Of a stretch of DNA of 64,000 nt, positions 25,479 to 33,604 are shown piece after piece. The DNA comes from an uncultured Acidobacteriota bacterium. Lineage in GTDB: Bacteria > Acidobacteriota > Vicinamibacteria > Vicinamibacterales > CAVVIG01. A model generated the notes under the pieces. The model worked only from the letters and a program-made list of their open reading frames with translations, did not search any database and had not been told where the DNA came from. Every line of letters begins with the position of its first letter. Position 1 is the first letter of the stretch. The translations under genes were made by a program, and so were the position numbers. Location: assembly GCA_963757655.1 (NCBI GenBank), contig CAVWSQ010000001.1, forward strand, positions 742,897 to 806,896, read 5' to 3'.

Positions 25479-26974
25479 AGCAGCACTCCACCGTAGGCGC
25501 GTGCGAGCCTGTTCCGGTCCCAGACGCGTTCGCCGCGCACGAAGGTCGTCAGCACGGCGCCGGAGAGCGTCAGTCCCGCGTAGGGGGTCAGCTTGTGACG
25601 CTGCTGGAGTTGTTCCGGCTCGACCGAGAACTGTGCGTCCGGATCCCACACCACGAGGTCGGCGTCGAGTCCCTCCGCGATGCGTCCCTTCCGCTCGCTC
25701 AGGCCCGCCAGCGCCGCCGGTGCGCCGCTCATCCAGCGCGCGAGATCGACGAGGGCCACCGACCGCAGGTCGGCCGGCAACCGCGACGTCGCGCCGCGCT
25801 TCCCCGCACCGGGTGCGTCGTCCTGATCGCGACGGTCCGAGCCGCGATCGGCGGCATGGGCGGCGTGCGCCAGCACCGGGGATGCCTGCTGCCGCGCCGG
25901 CGAGAAGGGAACGCCGCGAGCGACAGCGGCCTGATACGCGGTCCAGACGGCCGGCAGCGACAGCTCGAGCGACGCAATCCCGCCCCAGGCGCGCGAGAAG
26001 TCGCCCGGCGTCTTGAGCGCGCGCGGCGCCGGCGAATGATCGGTCGCGATCAGATCGATCGCGCCGCTTGCCAGCCCGTCCCATAGCGCCCGACGGTGCC
26101 TGGCGCCGCGGATGGGAGGCGCGCACTTGAACTCGGTCGCGCCATCGGGAATCTCGTCGGCCGCGAACGTCAGGTAGTGCGGACATGTTTCCGCGGTGAT
26201 CGGCACCCACGCGGCTCTGGCGCTGGCGATCGCTTCGACGCCTTCGGCCGACGACACGTGCACGATGTGCACGCGCGTGCGGAACTCCTCGGCGAGGCGA
26301 ATCATCAAGCGGACGGCGTTCAGCTCCATCAACGCCGGACGAGACGCCAGGTACGAAGCGTATTGCGGATCGCGGGCCGCGGATGAATTCGATTGTGGAT
26401 GTGATCGACTGCGGTCCTCGACCTCGGCGTGCACCAGGAGCGGTAGCTTGCGGCGCGCGAGAATGGGCAGCGCCCGCCGCAGATCGTCCTCGGTGACTTC
26501 AGGGAAATCGTCCACGCCTGAAGGGACGAGAAAGCACTTGAACCCGCGTACCCCGGCGGCGACCAGCGCGTCGAGTTCGTCTGCGTTGCCAGGCACGACG
26601 CCGCCCCAGAACGCGACGTCGACGTGACACTGCGCGCGCGCCGCCTTCATCTTCGCCTGCAGCGCGTCAACGCGAGTGGTAGCCGGCGTGCTGTTGAGCG
26701 GCATGTCTACGAGCGTCGTGACGCCGCCCGCTGCGGCCGCCCGTGTGGCGGTGTCGAACCCTTCCCAGTCCGTGCGCCCCGGTTCGTTGATGTGGACATG
26801 GGTGTCGACCAGCCCGGGCGAAATCACCAGGTCAGGCACGTTGAACACCTTCGCACCGGTCGGGTCGTCGCTCTCGAACTCGACGATGCGCTGGATGACG
26901 CCACCGGCGATGTGCAATGCGGCGGAATGCTCCCCTTCCGGCAGGACGACGCGGCGACTTCGGATTACCAGCAC
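25475..26974 (-). CDS. allB: Allantoinase (cyclic amidohydrolase) with about 50-aa low-complexity insert
   Basis: GTG start. PGLVDTHVHINEPGRTDWEGF, KCFL, ETCPHYL, IATDHSP, DADLVVWDP. ATGA overlap with alc. Confidence 0.9.
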   Translation of the reverse strand: MLVIRSRRVVLPEGEHSAALHIAGGVIQRIVEFESDDPTGAKVFNVPDLVISPGLVDTHVHINEPGRTDWEGFDTATRAAAAGGVTTLVDMPLNSTPATTRVDALQAKMKAARAQCHVDVAFWGGVVPGNADELDALVAAGVRGFKCFLVPSGVDDFPEVTEDDLRRALPILARRKLPLLVHAEVEDRSRSHPQSNSSAARDPQYASYLASRPALMELNAVRLMIRLAEEFRTRVHIVHVSSAEGVEAIASARAAWVPITAETCPHYLTFAADEIPDGATEFKCAPPIRGARHRRALWDGLASGAIDLIATDHSPAPRALKTPGDFSRAWGGIASLELSLPAVWTAYQAAVARGVPFSPARQQASPVLAHAAHAADRGSDRRDQDDAPGAGKRGATSRLPADLRSVALVDLARWMSGAPAALAGLSERKGRIAEGLDADLVVWDPDAQFSVEPEQLQQRHKLTPYAGLTLSGAVLTTFVRGERVWDRNRLARAYGGVLL

Positions 26975-27079
26975 CGAGCACTCACCACGGAGGACCGTGG
27001 AAATGACGAAGCTGCAACGTATGCGGAGGAAGGGTGACCGCCGATTTCCATGGTGTTCGCCGCGGTGGCGCCATTGTCG

Positions 27080-28462
27080 TCAGCTGCGCGCGGCCCGCTT
27101 CAGAAACGACCCTGCACCGGCTCGACCCACGAACCGGCCGTTCTCGATCACCAACTGACCGCGCGACAGCACGGTGTCGGTGGCGCCGGTGACCTGACGT
27201 CCTTCGTACGGGTTGTAGTCGCAGTTCATGTGCAGCGTGGTGGCCGCCAGGGTGATCGAGCGATTCGGATCGAACACGACGATGTCGGCATCGGAGCCGG
27301 GCGCGATCGTGCCCTTTCGGGGGAACAGCCCGAAGATTTTGGCCGGGGAGGTGGACGTGAGCTCCACGAAGCGATTGAGGGAAATTCGGCCCGCCCGCAC
27401 CCCGCCGTCGTAGACCAGGCTCATCCGCGTCTCCACGCCCGGCGCGCCGTTTGGAATCTTCGAGAAGTCGTGTTCCCCGAGCCGCTTCTCCGTCATGCAG
27501 AAGGGACAATGGTCGGTGGCAATGCATTGCAGATCGTTGAACGCGAGTCCACGCCAGAGCTGATCCTGCTTGGCGCGATCGCGCAGCGGCGGGCTCATGA
27601 CGTACTTCGATCCGCCGAAGTCCGGCTCCTCATAGTCGTCGTAGGACAGGAAGAGGTACTGCGGACAGGTCTCGGCGAAGGCCGGCAGGCCGCGATCACG
27701 CGCCGCGGTGACCATCTCGAGCGCCTCGGCCGCCGACAAGTGCACGATGTAGATCGGCACGTCGGCGATCTCCGCCAGGGCGATGGCCCGATGGGTGGCT
27801 TCCGCTTCGGCCCGGGCCGGCCTGGTCAGCGCATGATATTTCGGCGCCGTCTTCCCTGCCGCGAGCGCGCGCTGAACCAGCACGTCGATGACGCCGCCGT
27901 TCTCGGCGTGCATGCAGATGGTTCCGCCGTTCTTGCCCGACCGCAACAACGCCTTGAAGATGCTGCCATCGTCGAGCATGAAGACGCCGGGATAGGCCAT
28001 GAACAGCTTGAACGACGTGATGCCCTGACGCACCAGCGCGTCCATTTCGCCCTCGACCTGATCGGTGAGCTCGGTGATGATCATGTGGAAGCCGTAGTCG
28101 ATCACGGCCTTGCCCTCGGCTTTTTTCGCCCAGGTCTCCCACGCCGTGTGGAGGGTCTGGCCGCGATACTGAATGGCGAAGTCCACGATCGTCGTCGTAC
28201 CGCCGAAGGCCGCGGCACGCGTGCCGGTTTCGAAGTCATCGGCGGAGGTGGCGCCGCCGAACGGCATGTCCATGTGGGTGTGCACGTCGATACCGCCCGG
28301 CAGGACATATTTCCCGGTCGCGTCGATGACTCGATCCACGCCGGCAGCCTGGAGCTCGAGCGACATCCCGATGACCGCAATCTTCTCGTTTTCGATCAGC
28401 ACATCGCCGCCATACTGATCGACCGCCGTGACGATGGTGCCGTTCTTGATCAATGTCCGCAT
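27080..28462 (-). CDS. Dihydropyrimidinase / D-hydantoinase
   Basis: MRTLIKNGTIVTA..., PGGIDVHTHMDMPFGG, SFKLFMAYPG, HAENG, YIVHLS, ATDHCPF, GSDADIVVFDP. Confidence 0.9.
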   Translation of the reverse strand: MRTLIKNGTIVTAVDQYGGDVLIENEKIAVIGMSLELQAAGVDRVIDATGKYVLPGGIDVHTHMDMPFGGATSADDFETGTRAAAFGGTTTIVDFAIQYRGQTLHTAWETWAKKAEGKAVIDYGFHMIITELTDQVEGEMDALVRQGITSFKLFMAYPGVFMLDDGSIFKALLRSGKNGGTICMHAENGGVIDVLVQRALAAGKTAPKYHALTRPARAEAEATHRAIALAEIADVPIYIVHLSAAEALEMVTAARDRGLPAFAETCPQYLFLSYDDYEEPDFGGSKYVMSPPLRDRAKQDQLWRGLAFNDLQCIATDHCPFCMTEKRLGEHDFSKIPNGAPGVETRMSLVYDGGVRAGRISLNRFVELTSTSPAKIFGLFPRKGTIAPGSDADIVVFDPNRSITLAATTLHMNCDYNPYEGRQVTGATDTVLSRGQLVIENGRFVGRAGAGSFLKRAARS

Positions 28463-28476
28463 CAGGGCCTGCTTGG

Positions 28477-28540
28477 AATTGCAGATTGCAGATTGCAGAT
28501 TTCAGATTGCAGATTTCAGATTTCAGATTTCAGATCAATT
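28477..28540. repeat. Heptanucleotide tandem array (GATTGCA/GATTTCA), about 8-9 units
   Basis: attgcag attgcag attgcag atttcag attgcag atttcag atttcag atttcag atcaattcag read directly. Starts 15 nt upstream of the dihydropyrimidinase start codon (minus strand). Confidence 0.95.
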
Positions 28541-28618
28541 CAGGGTGCAGATGAGGCGGCCGTCTGTTGTTGGCTCCTCTGCGCTTGAACAGTGGGCCCG
28601 AAAAGCAAGCCATTATAG

Positions 28619-29869
28619 CTATTGCGGAAGCAGCACCGGCTTGGCCTCGCGCCTCCACCCCTCTTCCCATGTCGGACGCGCGAGCTTGCGCGCGCCGGTC
28701 CGCAAACGCTCCAGCGCTTTCTGATCGAGCGGGAACGCCTCGAACAGCTCGAACAGGACGTCGGCCAGCTGGCGGCCGTTCGAAAAGAGGAGCCCATTGT
28801 CACCGTGACGGACGCGCTCGGCCAGGCAGGCTCCGTAGTCCAGCGCACAGACCGGCACGCCGGCGCCGAACAGGTCGGCGATCTTCATCGGGATATCGAG
28901 GCCCGACGAGGAGCGATGGAGGCACAACCCGAGATCGGCGCTGCCGACGACCCGCGGATAGTCCTCTGGCTCGAGAAAGCGCGCCCGCAGCTGAATCCGC
29001 CGCGCCGGCAGGCCGGCGAAACGGCGCTCGAACTCGGCGCGGCGGGCACCGTCCCCGGTCACCAGGATCACGAGCTCGGGGAAACGACGCGCGCCGGCGC
29101 CCGCCTCCCATCCGCGGATGCGCTCTTCCAGCCGCATCACCGCCTCGATGACGACATCGAAGTCTTCGTCTTCGGTCCAGCTGGTCGGGCAGACGATGAA
29201 CCCGACGGTGCTGGCGCGGATGCCGAGGCGCGCAAACAGGGCCTGGCGGAAACGCTCGCGCTCGCCGCGATCGATCGCCGCGAACGCCGAAGCCGGCCGG
29301 TCATACAGCACATGCGCCTGCTGCACGCCGAAGCGGCTCTCGAGAAACGCGGCGAGGCCGCGCGACACGCACAGATTGGCGTCGACGCCGCGCGCGTCGC
29401 GCCGTTCCTGCCAGCGCGCCAGTCGAACGGCGGGATGCCACTGGCCGAGCCGCAGCTGAAGCAGCGTGTACCCGAGGTTGTGCCAGTCGATCACGAATCG
29501 CACGCCGCGACGACGCAAGGCAAACCAGCTGACCGCGAGAGTCGGGAACGCCGGGGGATTCTGGACGACGACGAGATTCGGCCGCGGCAGCGTGCGCAGG
29601 ATGCGCCACAACTTGAAGCCAATGCGCATGGCGTCGAACAGGCCGGCAACCGCATAAGTCGAGCCCATCAGCCCGCCGCGGATCTTCAGTCGCGACGTCT
29701 GCAGGCGATGAACGTTGATGCGCGGCTCGTCGGTAATCTCACTGGGAAGCGGCGTGCCTTCGAGGCCGACCAGGTCGACATCGACACCGCTGGCCGCCAG
29801 CGCGTGTGCGTGGTACCGCATGCGGGCGCTGCGTCCCAGGTCTCCGAGGCAGACGACGGCGGCTCTCAT
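28619..29869 (-). CDS. Glycosyltransferase, ALG1-like (GT33-type beta-1,4-mannosyltransferase homolog)
   Basis: N-terminus AVVCLGDLGRSARMRYHAHALAASGVDVDLVGLEGTPLPSEITDEPRINVHRL closely parallels the eukaryotic Alg1 signature (V.VLGDIG.SPRM.YHA.S....V.L.GY......I.....I.VH.L). GT-B C-terminal half. Confidence 0.8.
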   Translation of the reverse strand: MRAAVVCLGDLGRSARMRYHAHALAASGVDVDLVGLEGTPLPSEITDEPRINVHRLQTSRLKIRGGLMGSTYAVAGLFDAMRIGFKLWRILRTLPRPNLVVVQNPPAFPTLAVSWFALRRRGVRFVIDWHNLGYTLLQLRLGQWHPAVRLARWQERRDARGVDANLCVSRGLAAFLESRFGVQQAHVLYDRPASAFAAIDRGERERFRQALFARLGIRASTVGFIVCPTSWTEDEDFDVVIEAVMRLEERIRGWEAGAGARRFPELVILVTGDGARRAEFERRFAGLPARRIQLRARFLEPEDYPRVVGSADLGLCLHRSSSGLDIPMKIADLFGAGVPVCALDYGACLAERVRHGDNGLLFSNGRQLADVLFELFEAFPLDQKALERLRTGARKLARPTWEEGWRREAKPVLLPQ

Positions 29870-29901
29870 TCAGGAAGTCGAGTGAAGGGGGCGAAAACAT
29901 T

Positions 29902-30783
29902 CTACCTGCGTTGCGTGTCGGCCCAAAACCGCGCGAGCAGATTCGAGGTGACGCGCCGGCGGTACTCAGCGGTTGACCGGATGTCGTCGATCGGCTGGAT
30001 CTCCTGCACGAGCTCGTACTGAGCCGCGTCGAGCGTCGCGCCATCGGCCAGGGCGTTCTCCGTACGCACCGCCCGGATGACCGTGGGTGCGACGCTGCCA
30101 AGGGCGATGCGGACCCCGTGCGCCGCTGGCCCTGACCCTTGAGCCGCGCGCCCGTCGGTGGCGGTGCCGGCGGGGGGCCGGACGCCGGCCATCACGATCT
30201 TCGAGATGGCCTGGGCCGCGCGCGTGCCGACCTTCCGGAACCACTGGGTGCCGACGATCGCGGGAATTTCGAAGCCGACAATCAGCTCGTCGGGACGTTT
30301 CACAGACTGCCGGTAGCCGGTATAGAAGGCGCTGAACGGCACGCGCCGCCTCTCGCTCGCGCTTCGCAGCACGACGACGGCGTCGGCGGCGGCCAGCACC
30401 GGCAGGGTATCGCCGGCGGGCGAGGCGTTGGCCACGTTGCCGCCCAGCGTGCCCCGATTCTGAATCTGCACGCCGCCGACTTCACGAGCCGCCGCCGCCA
30501 GCATCGGGATCCGGCGCCGGACCAGCGGCGATCGGATGAGATCGGTGTGCGTCGCCAGCGCGCCGATGGCGAGCCGGCCGCCGCGCACCTCAATCGACCG
30601 CAGCCCGGCCAGGCCCCACAGACTCAGGAACCGCGTGTCCTTCAACGTGCCGAAGTTGAGCGAGACGTAGAGATCGGTGCAACCGGCCATCGGCACCAGC
30701 GGCCCTTCGTCGCGCAACATCTTCAGGGCGTCGGCGACCGATTTCGGCTGCAGCAGCCGTCGATGCGCAATCGGACCAGACAT
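29902..30783 (-). CDS. Xanthine dehydrogenase family FAD-binding subunit (CoxM/XdhB-like)
   Basis: FAD_binding_5-type sequence: PMAGCTDLYV, GALATHTDL, QIQNRGTLGGNVANASPAGD, plus a CO dehydrogenase flavoprotein C-domain. Confidence 0.9.
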   Translation of the reverse strand: MSGPIAHRRLLQPKSVADALKMLRDEGPLVPMAGCTDLYVSLNFGTLKDTRFLSLWGLAGLRSIEVRGGRLAIGALATHTDLIRSPLVRRRIPMLAAAAREVGGVQIQNRGTLGGNVANASPAGDTLPVLAAADAVVVLRSASERRRVPFSAFYTGYRQSVKRPDELIVGFEIPAIVGTQWFRKVGTRAAQAISKIVMAGVRPPAGTATDGRAAQGSGPAAHGVRIALGSVAPTVIRAVRTENALADGATLDAAQYELVQEIQPIDDIRSTAEYRRRVTSNLLARFWADTQRR

Positions 30784-31332
30784 CTACGTTGACCGCTGAG
30801 GGCGCTGTAGATCGCAGCTCCGATGCCCTGCGCGCGACGATTGCATTTTCTTCACCCTGCGGGCTTCGCGGCCCCTGCGGTTGATGTCATCCCTCGCCCG
30901 CTCTATCGATCGATAGATCGCCGAGTAGCCGGTGCAGCGACAGAGATTCCCGGCCAGGCCAGTCTTGATCTCGTCGCGCGTGGGATGCGCGCCCAGCGCG
31001 ACGGCGGCCATGATCATTCCGGGTGTGCAGATACCGCATTGCGCGCCGCCGTGCTCCACGAAGGCGTGCTGGAGCGGATGGCGGCCGCGCAGGCCCTCGA
31101 TGGTCGTCACCCGCGCGCCGGCGGCATGGGCGGCGGGGACGAGGCACGAGTTGACCGGCGCACCGTCCACCAGCACGGTGCAGGCGCCGCACTCGCCCTC
31201 TCCACACCCTTCCTTGGTGCCGGTCAGCCCGCAGTCCTCACGCAGCACGTCGAGAAGCCGCTTCAAGGGATGGACTGCGAGTCTGGTCCGGCGGCCATTC
31301 ACCACAAAGACGAGAGAGGATGCAACGGTCAA
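30784..31332 (-). CDS. (2Fe-2S)-binding subunit of xanthine dehydrogenase family enzyme
   Basis: TGTKEGCGEGECGACTV and GAQCGICTPG...LCRCTGY motifs. TTG start with TTGA overlap to the upstream Mo subunit stop; abuts the FAD subunit start (TAG ATG). Confidence 0.9.
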   Translation of the reverse strand: MTVASSLVFVVNGRRTRLAVHPLKRLLDVLREDCGLTGTKEGCGEGECGACTVLVDGAPVNSCLVPAAHAAGARVTTIEGLRGRHPLQHAFVEHGGAQCGICTPGMIMAAVALGAHPTRDEIKTGLAGNLCRCTGYSAIYRSIERARDDINRRGREARRVKKMQSSRAGHRSCDLQRPQRST

Positions 31333-33569
31333 GACCGCTTCGATCCTTTCCTGGGTGTCCCTGGCGTGCCTGCTGCCTCCGGTGTCCCTGCCGTTGACTC
31401 AGCCGCCAAAGCCGCCATGATTTTTTCCGGGGTCGCCGGAATCGCGCGCAGATCGAAGCCCGCGTGCAGGAGCGCGTTGACGACGGCCGGGGCCGGACCG
31501 TCGATCGGCATCTCCCCCACGCCTTTGGCCCCGAACGGCCCGTGCTGGTACGGATTCTCGAGGATCGCCACGCGCATGTCCGGCGAGTCGAGCGTCGTCG
31601 GGATGATGTAGTTGGTCAACGAGGCGTTGGCCATGCGCCCGTCCCGCATCACCACCTCCTCGAGCAGGGCATAGCCGAGGCCTTGCGCGCTGCCGCCCTC
31701 GATTTGGCCGGCCGCCAGCAGCGGATGGATGGCTTTACCGATCTCGTGCACGGTGAGAAATGCCAGCGGCCTCACCTCCCAGGTGTCGCGATCGACTTCG
31801 AGTTCCACGACGTCGCAGCCCCAGCCATAGCTGCCGTAGGCGTCGCCCTGGTAGCTGTGGTCGTCCCAGGTCATCTCGCCGGGCCGCTCGTACTCTTTGG
31901 TGATGACCAGCGGGCCGTGCCGTCGCAGATACTCGCGCGGGGTGAGCCGGCCGAGCCGCGCCTTCATGTCTTCCGCGCAACGCTGCAGAATGCGACCGAC
32001 GACCATGCACGTGCGCGAGGCGACGGTCGGTCCGCTGTCGGGCACCACCGCGGTGTCGGCGGCGCTGACCTCGATGCAGTCGTACGGCAGGCCGAGTGCG
32101 TCGGCAACGATCTGCGCGTGCATGGTCCGCGTCCCCTGACCGATCTCGGTGCTGGCAACCAGAATCCGCGCGCCGCGCGCCGTGAGGGCCAGCGACGCCT
32201 TCGCGGCGAGTTTGATCTCGCCGCCTCCGGTGAAACCCGAGCCGTGAAAGAACAACGAGAGACCGAGCCCGCGGCACACGTCCCGCGCCGATTCCGCCGC
32301 GGGCCGGCGGTTGGCGGACGCCAGCGCGCGCCGGCGCCTCTTGAAATCGGTGTCCTTCACGGCCTTGCGCAGAACCTGCAACGCGCTGCAATCCTTTCCG
32401 AGCCGCTGGCCGGTCGCCGTGGTGTCGCCCGGCCGCAGAGCGTTGATCGTCCTAATGCGAACCGGATCGAGTCCGAGCGTGGCGGCGATCCGGTCGATGT
32501 GGACCTCGGCGGCAAACTGCGTCTGCGGCGCGCCAAAACCGCGGAATGCGCCGTTGGGCGGCGTGTTGGTCATCACCGCGCGGCCACGAATGCGGATGTG
32601 ATCGCAGCGATAGGGACCGCTGGCGTGGATCACCCCGCGCGAGAGCACCACGGCGCTGAGCGTTGCATAGGCGCCGCCGTCGAACAGGACGTCGATCTCG
32701 ATCGCGGTCAACCGCCCGTCGCGGGCCACCCCGGTGCGGTGACGGATGATCGCCGGGTGGCGTTTGGTCGTCGCGATCATGTCCTCGACACGGTCGTAGA
32801 TCAGCTTCACCGGCCGCCCCGATTTTTTCGCCAGCAGCGCCGCGTGGGCGGCAATCATCGACGGGTACTCCTCCTTGCCGCCGAAGCCGCCGCCGGTCTC
32901 CGCCTGCACGACCCGGACCTTGTCCCCGGGCAGCCCGAGCAACACCATCAACGCGCGATGCACGTAGTAGGGACACTGCATCGATCCGTAGACCGTGATG
33001 CCGTCGACATCGTCGGGCACGCCGTTGCCGGGCACCGCGATGACGCCGTTTGGTTCGATGTAGAGCTGCTCCTGGTGGCCGGTGCGGTACTCGCCTTCAA
33101 CCACGACGTCGGCGAGCGCGAATCCGTCGGCGACATTGCCCTTGTCGATGGCGATCGCCTTGAACACGGTAGGCGACGCCGCGGGGTCGTAGACCGGCGC
33201 CGATCTGACATAGTCGATCTGCACCTCGGCGGCCTGCAGCCGCTCGCGATCCTGATGCGCGATCAGCAGGATCGGTTCGGCGACGTGCCGGATGTCGCGT
33301 TCGGCGAGGCACGGCTGGTCATCGTCGATCAGGGCGATGACGTTGCGCCCCGGGATGTCGCGACAGTCGACGATGGTGAAACCGGCGGTGTCGAAGTTGA
33401 AGCGGATGGACGCGATCGTTCCGGCGGGAATCGTCGAACGGATCGTGCGGGCGTGCAGGAGATTGGGAAACGAGAGATCGTCGATGTACTTCGCGGCGCC
33501 GGTGACCTTCGACTCGCCCTCCTTGCGCAGGACGTTGCGGCCGACTGACGCTGCGGCGCGAGGCACCAT
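31329..33569 (-). CDS. Xanthine dehydrogenase family molybdopterin-binding large subunit (probable xanthine dehydrogenase from context)
   Basis: KVTGAAKYIDD, HQEQLYIEPNG, GGGFGGKEE, typical Mo-binding domain order. The uricolytic gene context supports XDH function. Confidence 0.9.
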   Translation of the reverse strand: MVPRAAASVGRNVLRKEGESKVTGAAKYIDDLSFPNLLHARTIRSTIPAGTIASIRFNFDTAGFTIVDCRDIPGRNVIALIDDDQPCLAERDIRHVAEPILLIAHQDRERLQAAEVQIDYVRSAPVYDPAASPTVFKAIAIDKGNVADGFALADVVVEGEYRTGHQEQLYIEPNGVIAVPGNGVPDDVDGITVYGSMQCPYYVHRALMVLLGLPGDKVRVVQAETGGGFGGKEEYPSMIAAHAALLAKKSGRPVKLIYDRVEDMIATTKRHPAIIRHRTGVARDGRLTAIEIDVLFDGGAYATLSAVVLSRGVIHASGPYRCDHIRIRGRAVMTNTPPNGAFRGFGAPQTQFAAEVHIDRIAATLGLDPVRIRTINALRPGDTTATGQRLGKDCSALQVLRKAVKDTDFKRRRRALASANRRPAAESARDVCRGLGLSLFFHGSGFTGGGEIKLAAKASLALTARGARILVASTEIGQGTRTMHAQIVADALGLPYDCIEVSAADTAVVPDSGPTVASRTCMVVGRILQRCAEDMKARLGRLTPREYLRRHGPLVITKEYERPGEMTWDDHSYQGDAYGSYGWGCDVVELEVDRDTWEVRPLAFLTVHEIGKAIHPLLAAGQIEGGSAQGLGYALLEEVVMRDGRMANASLTNYIIPTTLDSPDMRVAILENPYQHGPFGAKGVGEMPIDGPAPAVVNALLHAGFDLRAIPATPEKIMAALAAESTAGTPEAAGTPGTPRKGSKRS

Positions 33570-33604
33570 CGCGCCGATTATACGTGCCGCGTCGGGACTG
33601 CGGC

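Noticed and set aside
25479-26210. N-terminal extension of the allantoicase ORF (24489..26210), and likewise of the uraD ORF (to 24894) and uricase ORF (to 23673)
   Set aside because: The extensions overlap the upstream genes in other frames. Family similarity starts at internal ATGs that form classic stop/start overlaps.
28622-30022. 466-aa plus-strand ORF, and many similar ones (3091..4245, 4450..5640, 15025..15849, 31464..33548, 34912..36234, 42226..43788, 43801..45474, 54003..55277)
   Set aside because: All lie opposite or out of frame to genes with clear family motifs and have Arg/Ala/Gly-biased junk translations.
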